Translations under genes and position numbers: made by a program
Shown here: one piece after another, positions 36,997-49,785 of the stretch
Numbering within the stretch: position 1 is the first letter of the stretch
Layout: each line of letters starts with the position of its first letter
Notes under the pieces: generated by a model
The model's database searches: none
Told to the model about the DNA's origin: nothing
What the model saw: only the letters and a program-made list of their open reading frames with translations
Source: Squalus acanthias
Lineage: Eukaryota
Direction: 5' to 3'
DNA: 64,000 nucleotides
NCBI GenBank assembly: GCA_030390025.1
Contig: CM059432.1
Coordinates: 88,352,001-88,416,000, forward strand

Positions 36997-37687
36997 GGGG
37001 TAAAAATTGGGTAGCGCCCCCTTTGGCCAATTTTAGCTAATTTTAGCGCCCCGAAAATGTTAGCGCCGCCGCGGCCGATTTTCCCAGGTAGCGCCCCGAG
37101 AGGGAGGAGGGCCGCTACTGGAAGCGCCCCGTGTCCCTCTTGGGGCGCTGCGAGGCCAATACCGTGGTGCTACGTGCCGCAGCACGGGCACATCGCGCCG
37201 CAGTACTGCAGGCCTTCCTCCCCTTATTCAAGGGGAGGGGCCTGGCTTAGTGCGTCCTGGCGCCCAGCTGGGCCACCAGGGATCGGGAGTGCTGGCAAAC
37301 GGCACTCGAGAGGAGTGCTGAGCTCATGGAGAGCAGCCGGCACCCTGCGGAGGGGCTTCATGGGGGCCGGGGACAGCAATGGGGGCAGGTGCTGGCAGGT
37401 GGCCAGCAACAAAAATGGCCGCCCGCCACCGCCCCTTTAACTAGTGCCGCCCCGGCCGCTGGTAGGCACTGTCCGGCGGTAAGTCGGGGGGTGCCACCCA
37501 ATATTACAGCTAGGGCGCGAGCGGGGTGCTGCACACGGCGATGACGTCATCGTTGGCGGCGCAGCACCGCGCGGTGCTAACGGTTAGCGCCGCCGCTAAC
37601 CTCCCACTGAATTTCGCGGGAAGCGTGCCCAGGCGCTAGTTGATTTGCGCCCCGTTAGGAGGCGCAAATCAACCGAATTTAGCCCCC
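36997..37687. mobile_element. Harbinger MITE related to family A
   Basis: Ends GGGGTAAAAATTGGGT / ACCGAATTTAGCCCCC. Many TAGCGCC/GGCGCTA motifs. Flanks TTT/TTA. Confidence 0.8.
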
Positions 37688-38082
37688 TTAATGTCTTAAT
37701 GTATCAGCCCTAAATGGCTGCAGCGAGATAAATTCGCATTAATATCCTAAATCCAGAAATTTCATGATACGCAATGGGGAGCCTCATGGCAAGAAGGTAA
37801 TTTTTTCGGCTTCGTATCTCTTTATCATCGCAAATTGCTGGATGTCTTACGAATGAATAATGGTGAGTGCCGTTAATGCGTCAGTATTTCTCCAGCAATT
37901 TCTGGAGAAATTTCCGTTAGCTTTTTATGTTACAGGATCCTTCCGGGGACATTAGTCAAATCAGCCAGTCTGCTGTGCACACATGCCATCTGCTGCAGGA
38001 TGATCTGCAGAGTATGGGGGAGAATTCCCGTGGGACTCTCTTGCTCTCCTGACCATAACTAAGCAAGCCATAGACACCCATT

Positions 38083-39800
38083 GGGGGAATTTTATCCCCT
38101 TCCCCACCCCACGATGGACAGGAGAGGGAGAGGGTGGGGGAGGGGGATAAATTGGCAAAAATCTAAAACCGGAACTCAACCCGCCGCAAACGAGTCTACT
38201 TCCCGTTTGGGTGCATGCGAGTAACCCCTCTGGAGAGGCGGGTTAGTGATGTTAATATTTAAATCAGGGTGAATTAATGAGATTTTTGCCGCAATTTGAA
38301 TTTAATGCCTCCTGCACGGTTAACTCTGCATTAAAACGGAGGCGAGATTGAGCGGCACTTCATGGGGCTAGTTAAAGGTCAGGAGTCCTGAGAGTAATAG
38401 AGGCTCAGTGTTCACAGCTGTTTTCTCAGTTCCCTCTGGGAAACGGTTTGGTGACAGTACTTGGTGTGAGAGACTTATTTGTACAGTTTGGAGGTCTTCA
38501 CACACACAACATCAGGATGGGTGGCACCATGGCAGCTTTAGATTGGACTTCGGACGAGGAAGACAGTCAGCAGCAACAAGGCCGTGGTGTGGAGGGAGCT
38601 GCAGGTGAACAACAGAACGGGGAGCAACAGAGAGGAGACCAATAGAGCGGGGAGCAACAGAGAGGAGACCAACAGAGAGGTCGAGTTCACAAGAGGCACT
38701 ACCCCACCTAATGGTGTACAGACAGAGGCTTCCTTGACCTCAGAAGAACAGCACTTTTGGAGGCTGAGGTTGTCACGTCAGGTGGTTGCAGCCATCTGCA
38801 GCCTCCTAGTAGAAGAGCAGCTCCCTGCTGAACCTGGTGGCCACGCATTACCAGTGGCTGTGAAAGTCACCACTGCCCTCAACTTTTTTGCCTCTAATTC
38901 ATTCCAGGGCGCTACCGGAGACATCTCGAGGGTTGGCTGCACACAAATGCAAAAGACAGATGACTGAGTGATTGATTGCCAGGGCTGAGAGTTGTCTAAA
39001 CTTCCCTGTGATGTCGATAGCCAGAATGAGCAGGCACTCGGATTTGCATCTCTGGCTGGCTTCCCACAGGCACAGGGTGCTATCAATTGCACAAATGTGG
39101 TAATCCGAGCACCTCCAGATCAACCAGGAATATTCGTCAATTGCAAGGGATTTAATTTCATCAATGTTCTGTTGGTGTACAACTACAAGAAAAGGTTCAC
39201 GCAGGTCTGCGCTAGGTTCCCTGGGAGCTGCCATTATGTTTCTATACTGCGGCAGTCCAGCATCCCTGACCTGTGTGTACCTGGAACCACCCTTAAGGGG
39301 TGACAAACGATACCTCCTTCAAACCTCTGAGGAACCCCACCAATGAACCCCAAGAGCGGTACAATGACAGCCATATGACAACCAGATGTGTCATCGAGCA
39401 AGCAAGATGCACTTCAGGTGCCTGGACAGGTTTGGAGGCGCCCTTCAGTACTCGCCAGCGAAGGTCTCTAGGATAATTGTTGTGTGCTGCGTTCTGCACA
39501 ACAAAGTGCAGCAGTGAGGACTAAAGGTGGAGGAGGATTAAGCCACTCAGCACTTATCATCTGATGAGATTCCAACGGAGAGGAGGACGAGGAAGGGGGG
39601 AAGATGAAGATGGGGCAGCCAACGCCAGACCAGCCATTCACAATACTGCGCAGGATGGCAGAGATTCCCTAATAGCTCAAAGGTTCAGTTATTCACTCAT
39701 ACTGGACCAAAGTAACTATCACATCACCGGCACCTCCACCACCCCAGTGACACAAAGCAGTCCTGTAACCAGCCAGGAATCCATTGCACATGCACCAATT
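38083..39800 (+). mobile_element. Harbinger left end plus decayed transposase (about 38517-39695)
   Basis: End GGGGGAATTTTA. Motifs RLRLSRQVVAAICSLL, ALPVAVKVTTALNFFASNSFQ, GAINCTNVVI, NCKGFNFINV, ARFPGSCH, GDKRY, DGRDSLIAQRFS, with stops and frameshifts. 30-bp tandem duplication at 38610-38669. Confidence 0.87.
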
Positions 39801-39975
39801 GGTCCTGGTCAATTCATGTCTTCACATTCATCAACAAGCGACTGTAAAAGTGAGATAGTAATGGGAATGTAAAAATGTTGCTACTTAGCATAATTAAGAT
39901 GATCATATTTCACCTGGTGTTGAAATCAAGTCAACATGAATGAGCCTTGTATGAGATGCGGAGCGGAGATAATTA

Positions 39976-40305
39976 GGGGGAAACATTGGCTTGCGCCCCC
40001 TTGGGGCGCTAACTTCGCCGGGGCACTACTTTTAGTGCCCCGAAAAAGTTAGCACCCCCGCACCTGAAATTGAATGGTAGTGCCCCAAGCAGGAGGCGGG
40101 GCGCTACTGGAAGCGCTCGCCGATGACGTCATCGCCGGAGGCGCAGCACCGCAGGGTGCTACCGGCTACCACCGTCGCCGCTAACCTCCCGCTGAATTTC
40201 GCGGGAGGCATTAGTGGTGCCACGCCCGGGTGCTAGGTGCTTTGTGCCCGTTAGTGCCCCCTCGGGGTGCTAATAGGAGGCGCAAAGCAACCCAATTTTT
40301 CCCCC
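39976..40305. mobile_element. Short (330 bp) Harbinger MITE
   Basis: TIR GGGGGAAACATTGG / CCAATTTTTCCCCC, TSD TTA. Deletion derivative resembling 36997-37687. Confidence 0.88.
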
Positions 40306-40337
40306 TTAATGCTGTCACCATGCAGCAGTGAAGTCTA

Positions 40338-40985
40338 GGGGGAATTTTAACATGGGTGAGTGCGTGGGAATGGGTAATGGGAATGGGAAAAAGCTCCGAG
40401 CGTGTCGGGAAGCCGGCTCCAACCCATCGACTTCCAGGTTTTACGGAGGTGGGGCATGGGGTGGCAGCCAACCCACTCCCAGGAGGCGGGTTGGCATTTA
40501 AAATATTTTAATGAGGCTGGCAGCCTCTAATTTGACCGGCTTTGCAGGTTTTACAGTGGTTGGTCGGGTTTCCCAGGCCTCGTGGAAACCTGACAGCTGA
40601 AGCAAGGCGAGGACAGCTTCGGGGAGAAAGTAAGTGCCTTCACAACACTGTTTGTGGGCCAGGAGGAGCAGGAGTGCTACCCCTGGACCCCCAAGCTCCC
40701 TCCCATCAGATTGCCCCCCCCCCCCCACCAGACAAAGGCCCCAGGATCGGGGATCGGACCCCCTCGGGATCGGACAACCCCCAGGGCTTGGGGATCGGAC
40801 CTACCTGGTCCTGCGGCCTGCTCCGGAGTGCTCCCCGCCCGATTGGATGTCAGTCAGGCTGGGCCATAAGACGCATGCTATGGTGTTAAAACTCCACAGC
40901 ATGTGGGGAAACCTGGACTTCCGGTTTTCTCATCTGAAACTCCGCCCCCACCTACCTAACCCACCCCAGTAAATATCCAGGCCCC
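40338..40985. mobile_element. MITE family C
   Basis: Begins GGGGGAATTTTAAC. Shares GTAAGTGCC...GGAGGAGCAGGAGTGCT with the 24267 copy. Internal GGATCGG repeats. Confidence 0.72.
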
Positions 40986-41300
40986 AGTCTCTCCATCTCC
41001 GATGGTCAGGGTTGCTGATAAACCGCTTATCTCCATGGCCTCCTCTGCAGATGTCAACTGCACAATCTGTGGCAGACCACCTACGGTCCTCTCCCTCTCC
41101 CTTGTATTTTTGGGCTCTCTTCTCCTGCAAGGGGCAACGACAGGTCTATGAGTGTCTGTAAGACATTGATGGATGCACTGCATTCGGTGAGGGTGACTAT
41201 CAGGCAGATGCATCGCGAGTACCACTGGCATCCATTTGAAGACGTGTCATTGTGGGAATTGTCATGGTGTGGAAGCTTTTGGTGCAGAGTCATGTGATAT
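40986..41300 (-). pseudogene. Harbinger Myb-like gene fragment (intron plus exon 2)
   Basis: Acceptor CCCCTTGCAG|GAGAAG at 41125, then RERERTVGGLPQIVQLTSAEEAMEISG, similar in pattern to exon 2 at 4235. Confidence 0.65.
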
Positions 41301-43108
41301 CCCTGCAACAGCTGCAGCCACATCTGATGATGTAGTGGCTGCCAATCCCTGCCCGCTGTCTGGCATTTCCTCCTTCCCTTGAGAGGCCTGGCTGGAGTAA
41401 GAAGTTATGACACCTCCTTGAGAGGAGGTCACCTCCTTAGACCCTTCTTCTGCTGTGCCCTTGGTGCTAGGCTTTCTAATGGTTGCCTGCAATCTGCATG
41501 AGTGCATGTCTTAGGATTTCTCTGATGTAGGTGAAGCCTGTTGTCACAACTCTTCCCACATGATCAGCCAGTGTATGAAATCCAACAGGTACAGCCTCTT
41601 GCAACTGCGTACCCACCATTTCAGTAGTGTCAGTCACAGCCTTCATGAGAAAACTCAGTTTTGTTTTTGCTCACTCAGTGATCTAGGGCATTTCTGCAGA
41701 AGACTGTGAAGATGGCTGTCTTTTCATGGTCCTCTGCATCTCCACAAATCCCTCCTGCAGAGTGATGTCAGAGGCCCTTTACTGCACATCTGACAGCTGT
41801 TGAAGACAACTCAAGGTGAAGCCTAAGGAGTTTGCAAATGCTTTTTTGCTCCTGCGTGAATTCTCATTGAAGATAAGTAGGTACTAATTGCTTGCCCGTT
41901 GTTGGAAAACAGCATGGGTTTGTAATCTCATCAGATCTTTCAGCTTCCTCTCCTACCACGTCTTTTTCTTGTTTCTTGTCACTTGTGTTTTGTGCTTCAC
42001 CCGGTATCCCATTGTCAAACTCAACAAATGATGGCTTTGGAATGCTATGATCTGGGCTGGAACTTGGGCAGGTAGAGTGCTTGTTGCGATATGTGGTGAA
42101 GTGCTTGTAGTTAAGCCTACACTTCCTCTAGCCTCTTCATCTCAGTCAAAACCTACGAGAAAAGAAAAGGAAAGCCTTTTGCAATTTATCATCCAGACAA
42201 TGGTTTCCAAGAAAAGTAAGTTCGGAGAACTTTACAGCATCATGCAGCATATTAAGAACTGTAGGCTGCACTGCCAGGATTGATAAATGGACTGCCAATG
42301 TGAAGGATCATTGGTAAAGGAGGATAATTGTTGGGTGGCCACACAATGACTCCAAACTAATCCTCATGAATGCCCTCAATTCTTTCTGACCATCGGAGTA
42401 AAAGTAGTAATTAATGCTGGTCTTCTCCAGTCCTAGCTTTCTTATGAGGATTGTAGGCAGCCCTGGCCTGTAGTCAGAATGAAGCTGTTAGCAATTGGTA
42501 ACGCAATCAAAACTACACCCTGAGTCCTGAGCACTTCTTTCGCTTGCCTTGACTATTCTCATGGGATCATATAGGGGGTGAAACTGGCCCACTCCAGAAG
42601 CACAAAACGGGCTGATAGTGAATCGGCAGTCTATTTTACACCACATCCAATTTTCTTTCCCATTAACTTCAATCGGGCATGGGGTAAAATGGGCTGCCAA
42701 TTCATTATCAGTGAATGGAGTTGATCAGTTTCACCCCCATAGTATTTTCCAGACACAACTCTTGAGGTTGATCTGTCAGGAGATCTGTGCATGAAACTAT
42801 TGTCTCCACACTGGCAATGTCACATCAGCTTCCATGGAATGAAGGTGTTCTGCAAAAAGGGCATGATACTGTGCATTGTGTTGGCAGGTAGTTTCCCTGA
42901 GCATGCAGCTAATTGAACAGCACCTCAATGAGGCAATGTCTTGTATGAAAAAGCAGCGGAAATGGTAAAAATTGGTGGCTGCATTGCCTTGGCACTACTT
43001 CTGACGCCACTGAACAACTTTTCCATCTGTTCCCAGGACTTGGGCCGCGAGCTTGTGCAAGAAAACTTCCAAAGCATCATTGCTGAAAGCTGGGGTTTCA
43101 TCCATCAT
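41300..43108 (-). pseudogene. Highly diverged Harbinger Myb-like gene remnant, 3-exon layout
   Basis: On -: MDETPAFSNDALEVFL..., ..SWEQM.., ..RQCSHQF across frames. Acceptors CCCTTTTTGCAG (~42851) and CTTTTCTCGTAG (~42151). Confidence 0.5.
42574..42738. mobile_element. 165-bp foldback MITE
   Basis: Perfect 13-bp TIR GGGGGTGAAACTG, TSD ATA. Second internal inverted pair TGATAGTGAATCGGCAGTCTATTTTAC / GTAAAATGGGCTGCCAATTCATTATCA. Confidence 0.88.
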
Positions 43109-43583
43109 GATCATTGCGCAAATCTCCTAAATGTCCCTTGCACCTCCATCTTCACCCAACTACAGCATTGCACTTCTCCCCATAAAGGGTGAACAGCCTG
43201 AGCAGCTGGGTGGCCCAATTTTGTACCTGGCAGCCAAACATCTTCCAGGCTTGTCTGCCTGTATATTGTCCAGGCACAAGTAGCCGTTCAATTTAGGGGA
43301 AGGCTCTGAATTGCACAATTGGCGAGGCCAGCCCTCCACACTGCTTGTAGGATTTGCAAGTCAAGGCTGCTATGCGCTCCTGCAGGTGAGCCCATGCCAA
43401 GATCACAAATTCATACATTACTGCTCATTACTTTTAATTAAGAAGCTTCTAAATCTTTTAATGTGAAAGATGAGCTTAGTTATTTCTTGTCTGATGAACT
43501 TTCAAATCTCATTCGTTGGATGAACAAGACACATTTTTAATTGTTTCTAAAGTATTCCGATTCCTCGCCTCAAAAGCCAATAC

Positions 43584-43995
43584 CTAGCTAAGGCCAGAAA
43601 TGCCCCGAGACAGGTGGTAGAGAAGGAACAGGGCCGGAGGCTGCATTGGGCCCAGGAAGAGTTGGGTAGGGGTGCCAAGAGCCAATTCAATGGTGGAGGT
43701 TTTGAGAAGAATTGGAGTTGGGGCAAGAGAGATTAGCAGTGATGCTAATGTGGCCGAGAAAAGAGTGTTTGCTGGCTGAAAAAATGGAGCTGTGGAAGAC
43801 AGGGGGCAAAATGGAGTCAGGCCCAAAAGATTTGTCAGTTTTACTGGGACTGGTGTGGACAAAAAAATTTGGCAGTCGGAAAGTGGCTACAGTAGCCGAG
43901 GAGAGGAAAGAAGGGCGACCGGCTGCATGGTGACAAGAAATGGCTGGGAGCAACGTGATAAAAGATGAAGGAGTGAGGGTTCCAGGAGTTGCTAT
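43584..43995 (-). mobile_element. Old L2-like fragment
   Basis: On -: ALGTPTQLFLGPM resembles the L2 LDPIPT.LL..FL.P segment. Purine-rich + strand. Confidence 0.45.
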
Positions 43996-44444
43996 GAAAG
44001 AAAGAAAGACTTTCACGACCACCGGACATCCAAAAGCGCTTTACAGCCAATGAAGTACATTTTGAAGTGTAGTCACTGCTGTAATGTAGGAAACGTGGCA
44101 GACAATTTGCACAAAGCAAACTCCCACAAACAGTAATATGATAATAATCAGGTAATCTATTTTTAGCAATGTTGATTGAGGGATAAATATTGACCAGGAC
44201 ACCAGGAATAATCCCCCTGCTCTTCTTCAAAATAGTGCCACGGGATCTTTTACGTTCACCTGAGAACCAGGGCCTTGGTTTAACATCTCATCCGAGAGAC
44301 GGCACCTCCGACAGTGCAGCACTCCCTCAGTACTGCACTGGAGTGTCAGCCTGGATTTTTGTGCTTAAGTCTCTGGACTGGGACTTGAACCCACAACCTT
44401 CTGACTCAGAAGTGAGTGTGCTACCAACTGTGTCATGGCTGACA
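43996..44444 (-). mobile_element. Deu-domain SINE, full length
   Basis: Reverse complement of the 19851 family from head (CTACCAACTG..ATGGCTGACA) to (GAAA)n tail. Confidence 0.88.
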
Positions 44445-44883
44445 GTGGAAACAGGAGGAAAGATTTAAGGTGGAGGTAACAAGAGTTGTCACTTCAAGGT
44501 GGGGGGTGGTCATAAAGAGCTGGGGTCAGGCTGAAAGACAATGGCAAAGGAATGGGACTGGTTGCTGATGAAGCCAAAGAGCAAGGGAGCTGGAAGATGG
44601 GAATGGGGAAGTGCCTCAGCACCACCAGTGGTAGAATTGTGATAAGTAAGTGTTTACAGTGGGATTCCCATTTTAAATATTTTCATTGGCAGTTTCAATT
44701 ATAATTAGTGACATAAAAGCTTTACCACAGAGCATCACCAAAAATCACAAGTACGAGAAGTTCGTAGAAGCTGCATACAAGGAGTCAAAACCAAGTGTAA
44801 TCTTAAATTGAAGTGATGTTAGAGGGCAGGGATAATTGAACCAGGGTGTGCAGGCATAATTTAGTCTCCATTTTAAAGTCATA

Positions 44884-45772
44884 GGGGGAAAAATTCAGTC
44901 GCGCCCCGTTTGGGGCGCAAATATCGGCCGGGCGCAAAGATTAGCGCCTGGCGCTAATTATCGCCACCGACTGCAAACTTGACTTTTATCGCCCCTGGAG
45001 GTGATTGCAGCGCTAAATCAGGCGCTTCACACCTGTCTTAAGGCGCAAAGGCCGAGGAGCGAGGCGCTACCTCAGAGCGCTGGCGAAGCTCATGTAATGT
45101 CAGTCAGCAATGGAACACACACACAATGGCACGGGCCAGTTCTTAAAGGGGATGGTTAATCTTGCTTTCCATCCACATCCTGCTCATTGCAGCCTTGAAT
45201 CTCGGCCTGGAGAGACCTGCACATCAAATCTGCTGGAAAGAACAATGGAGAGTACCAGGCCAAGAGCTCAGAGTGCAGCCCCCACAGTCTCTGCTAAATC
45301 GATACAAGGAATGGCAAATCAAAATGAACCTGCAAAGTGCTGCTCAGTACCCAAAACTCCTTCACACAATGTTGAATCTCTCCAGAAATCTCTACCTCTC
45401 TCAGAATGCGTAGTTCAAAAATGGCACCAACAATAACAGGCAGGGAGCGGTCACCTTTAAATAGCGCTCCCCCTTTCCCTTCATGACTGCAGAACGCTCC
45501 CCTCAACCTGTCGTTGCTAGCGTCAGGCGGTAAGGCAGGGGGCGCCACTCAATATCCGCTCCGGGGCGATACCAGGGCGTTGCGCACTCGAGTGACGTCA
45601 CGATCTGCCGGCGCAGGAGATCGTGGCGGTAGTGTTTAGCGCCGCCGCAAAATGTCTAGTTAATTTCGCGAGCGGCGCAAACTTCACCGCGCCCGGGCGC
45701 TAGCTGCTTTGCGCCCCATTAGCGCCCTCTTAAGGCGCTAACGGGAGGCGCAACCAACTGAATTTTTCCCCC
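44884..45772 (+). mobile_element. Harbinger MITE family A, complete
   Basis: Perfect 16-bp TIR GGGGGAAAAATTCAGT, TSD ATA. Highly similar to 34297-35183. Confidence 0.95.
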
Positions 45773-46073
45773 ATACATTCTGTCCTAATTTTATATAATA
45801 CTTTGACTTTATATTGTTATATTTATAGTTAAATAGAAAAATTGAAAACAGAGCAGTTAAGTTCATTGAAGCATTGGAGCTTCTCTGCAGTACAGGCTGA
45901 GGAGCTGGAAGATGTAAAATCAAAATGCTACAGCAACACCAACCACTGGCAGGAGGCTGTAATTACAGTGTGACATGTTTATGTAAGCAGTTTGCATTAT
46001 AAATTTGGACATAGGAATTTATAATGGCAAAAGTTGACACAACTCTGTGATAAAACTTGACAACAGAAAGTAA

Positions 46074-46767
46074 GAGCCCGGATTTTACGGGGCCTCTGAC
46101 AGCGTACGCAGTCGTAAGTGCCCTGCAAGTTCCGGGTTTCCGCAGGCGCAAAAACCCGGAACTTGCAATCTATCAAGTTTCAGCTTGACAGGTCCTCCGC
46201 TTCCGCAGGAATGGACATTCGCTGGCGCAGAGTTGGACTATTTGCTCAACTACTGCCCAGCGAATGCCCACGAAACTCTTACGCCGCCTTTTACCAGTGT
46301 AAGGGTTTAAATAAATATTTAAATAATTTTTGTTAAATCATTTAAATATTTAAAAACCTTTAAAATTAGTTTAGGTTATTTTTGGCCCCTTTATAAAAAT
46401 GTTTAAATTTATTTTTCAAAAATTAAATTTTTGTTTTAAATGTTTAATTAAATTGTATTTTAATTAATTTTAAACATGTGGTGATTTATTTTTATTTAGG
46501 TTGTGCGAAAGTGTGTTTTTTATGTCATTTCTATTATGCTTATGGGGATTCCGTACGTAAATGGTTGGTTGGGTCGGCCCACGTGCTCCCAGGGACGCTT
46601 GCGAACCGCATGCAGCCCCTGGGATACGTGGGCCTTTACGCAGGCCTACGCCTGCAGGCCCAGGACTGCAAGAGTCCGAAGATATGGAGGCACCAGGTAG
46701 GTGCGTACTTTTCTTGCGGAACAGAGGCATTCGCCTGCGGGAAGCCTCCGACCGCAATTTCAGGTCC
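46074..46767. mobile_element. MITE related to family B, opposite orientation
   Basis: Degenerate TIRs, AT-rich core, hairpin TGCAAGTTCCGGGTTT/AAACCCGGAACTTGCA at 46124-46167. Confidence 0.7.
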
Positions 46768-47644
46768 AATGTTTTGTGGACAGGAGGTGCGGGCAGATGC
46801 ATGATTTCAATATATTAACAGATGGATCATGGTGAACCTGTACTGTATACAGTAAATACACTATAGGGGATCATGTTTAGTGTAAAATAAAACATAAATG
46901 AAGAAAATATTTCTTCCATCATGATGCTGAGACCCCGGGTTTCAGTTTTCAATGTGTAACTGAAGTCTGGTCTGGTACAAGAACCGCTTACACCCAATAC
47001 AAATCCAGTCGGTGTTTGTGCATTTAGTTCTGTGCTTGTTGGCAGGAAAATTGGGCCCAATCTCTTGTCAGTGTGTCATATACTGTTGATCCAGAGTGGG
47101 TGGATTGTTAAAACCTGTAATAGTAAATGATTACGTTTATTGCTTTATAGGAGTTTTATTGCCTTGTTTACCACCATCATCTTTCTGGCTTTTTTTTAGC
47201 TGCAAATGTCTTTTTTTTAATAAACTTATTTGTTTTGACTTCAGCTTTTCAGACTGTGGTATTTTGATCAATACTGCACCTGATATACCAGCTTTGGAGA
47301 TCATGTAGTATTGATTACAGGGTGAAGTTCTTATTTTTCTGTTTCAGTAGTTTTGTGAGCCATATAAAACATGATCTTAAATGGGCTGTGTAATCGCAAA
47401 TTACTGATGTAATTTGGGCACTGCCCAAAACATTGGTAATATGAAATATTGGAATAGTGCCATATGCACGCTATGATCCTGATTTACACTGGTAAAGATT
47501 AATCAGGATTGTTTGATTTTATTTGCTAGTTTGCATGCAAAGTGAAGCAAAATCAATACTAGAGGCAGCTTATTATTGTATTTTCAGGAAACTACATGGA
47601 ACAGCAGAATTTTAATCGCTTATACCACACCATTTGTTGCATTT

Positions 47645-48065
47645 ATCCATGGTCCACTGGGTAAATGCACCAAATGGTGTGGCAGTAAACCATAAAGATC
47701 AGGAAGCTTCTAGGTTTGATCCTGAGTCTCTGTTGAAACAGCTGATCTCATGTGAGGCAGCAATAAGGATACTCCAGTTGGCCTCAGTGTCCCTGCGAAT
47801 AGAGACAGAATCAGCTGTCGTTCCACTTCCGATTGTTTTCCAGTGCTGGAATAATGCATTTGTGTAGACAGCAGGTGAGATGGCCCTGGGCTTGGTTATG
47901 ATGCCCCCTTTAATGCTCATTGGTGAAGTAACCTACTGCCACTCACTGAGTAGCCTCAGACCTGAAGAATAAGTACTTGGGTGTGGTATCAGAGGGCTGC
48001 CAATGGGCATGAAAGTATACTTCTGCATGAGTCAGTGCCTTCAAGAAAGGAGGAGAGAAAATTGA
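47645..48065 (+). mobile_element. Old SINE-like repeat (family C)
   Basis: GGGTAAATGCACC head, GGTTTGATCCTG B-box-like, ends GGAGGAGAGAAAATTG. Similar to 52975-53325. Confidence 0.5.
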
Positions 48066-48624
48066 TAAAAACACAGGCGTAGCTTGAGGAGAAAGGCCAG
48101 AAAATGAAGTACTGAATTTTGCTGAGGAAAGCCGAATTTAAACTTCTGCTTCAAAGAACAATGTTTGGAATCTAAACCTGCAGGTCAAATTCAGATTTGC
48201 TTGGCACCTCTAGCACTATTCACTATCACCTTTGTGGAGCACATACAGAGCACTATCGCAAGGTGTTTGAGACTCGTCACTGCTTCTCCAAAGTTGCAAC
48301 TGATTCTTGTCTCCACAAAGTTCCAGAAGCCTATTAAAGTTGCAACATCCAGCAATTCAAATGTGCCAGGCAGGGTAATAATTGGATGACTAATTAACAA
48401 TTAGTAATCTACCAGCTCAAACCAGAATAGATCCTACAATGAGGCATATTTGATTGATATACAGTGATTCCATATTATTTCTTCTAGTCTCTTCTACTAA
48501 TAATGTTTCTTTTATACCACTTCTGCGTCTTTAAGGTGCAATATCCTGGCATGATGTGTGTGATAACATTGTGACACTGGAGGAATCCAGAACTGCGGCA
48601 TAAATACTAAAACTTGGAAAATAA

Positions 48625-49089
48625 ACAACAACTTGTATTTATATAGCGCCTTTAACCTAGTAAATCGTCCCAAGGCGCTTCACAGGAGTATTATAAGACA
48701 AAAAATTTGACAGCGAGCCACATAAGGAGAAATTAGGGCAGGTGACCTAAAGCTTGGTCAAAGAGGTAGGTTTTAAGGAGCGTCTTAAAGGAGGAGAGAG
48801 AGGTAGCAAGGCGGAGAATTTAGGCAGAGAATTCCAGAGCTTTGAGCCTAGGCAACAGAAGACATGGCCACCAATGGTTGAGCGATTATAATCAGGGATG
48901 GTCAAGAGGGCAGAATTAGAGGAGCGCAGATATCTCGGGGGGGGGGGGGGGGGGGGGGGTTGCGGTTGTGGGGCTGAAGGAGATTACCGAGATAGGGAGG
49001 GGCGAGGCCATGGAGGGATTTGAAAACAAGGATGAGAATTTTGAAATCGAGGCGTTGCTTAACCGGGAGCCAATGTAGGTCAGAGAGCT
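48625..49089 (-). mobile_element. L2 LINE 3' end, with internal poly-G at 48937-48959
   Basis: AACAACAACTTGTATTTATATAGCGCC... is the reverse complement of 35915-36355. Confidence 0.9.
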
Positions 49090-49378
49090 ATTTCTTTTCA
49101 CAGTGAGTCATCATCCTGTGAAACCGATTACCAAAGCACGATGAGTGTGGATTCACTCTAACTCTTTACAATGGAATTGAGTGAATTGGACATTTCCATT
49201 ATAGAGCTTGTAGTTAGCTGGGATTACGAGGAGTCATGGGACATCACAGTCTCCTGGAGCTTCACTTGAGTATTTTAGGGAGATGGAGATTCATTTCCCA
49301 GAGTTTTTCTGAATTGAGCACAGTTTTTTTCTCTTGTTCTTTTTGCCTCTCCCAGGGCAAAAATAAAATAAAGACTAA

Positions 49379-49748
49379 GGGGGAAAAATTCGGTTGCTTT
49401 GCGTCTCCCGTTAGCGCCCTAGAGGGCGCTAACGTGGGGCGCAAAGCAACTAGCGCCTGGGCGCAGCGATGTTAGCACCGCTCGCAAAATTGACCAGACA
49501 TTTTGCGGCGGCACTAAACACTACCACCACGATCTCCTGTGCCGGCAGATCGTGACGTCAGTCGAGCGTGCAACGCCCCGGTAGCGCCCTGGACCGGATA
49601 TTGAGTGGCGCCCCCTGCCTTATTGCCTGCCGCTAGCAACGACAGGTTGAGGGGAACGTTTTGCAGTCGGGAAGGGACTGGGGGAGCGCTATTTAAAGGC
49701 GACTGCTTCCTGCCTTTTTTTGTTGCCGACATTTTTGCACGACACATT

Positions 49749-49785
<37 letters not shown>

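Noticed and set aside
38610..38680. CRISPR-like or functional repeat array
   Set aside because: Only a two-unit 30-bp tandem duplication without spacers, in a vertebrate transposase remnant.
48937..48959. Poly-G (and poly-C at 29398) as functional G-quadruplexes
   Set aside because: Simple slippage expansions of short G/C runs in LINE 3' regions; homopolymer length may also be a sequencing error.
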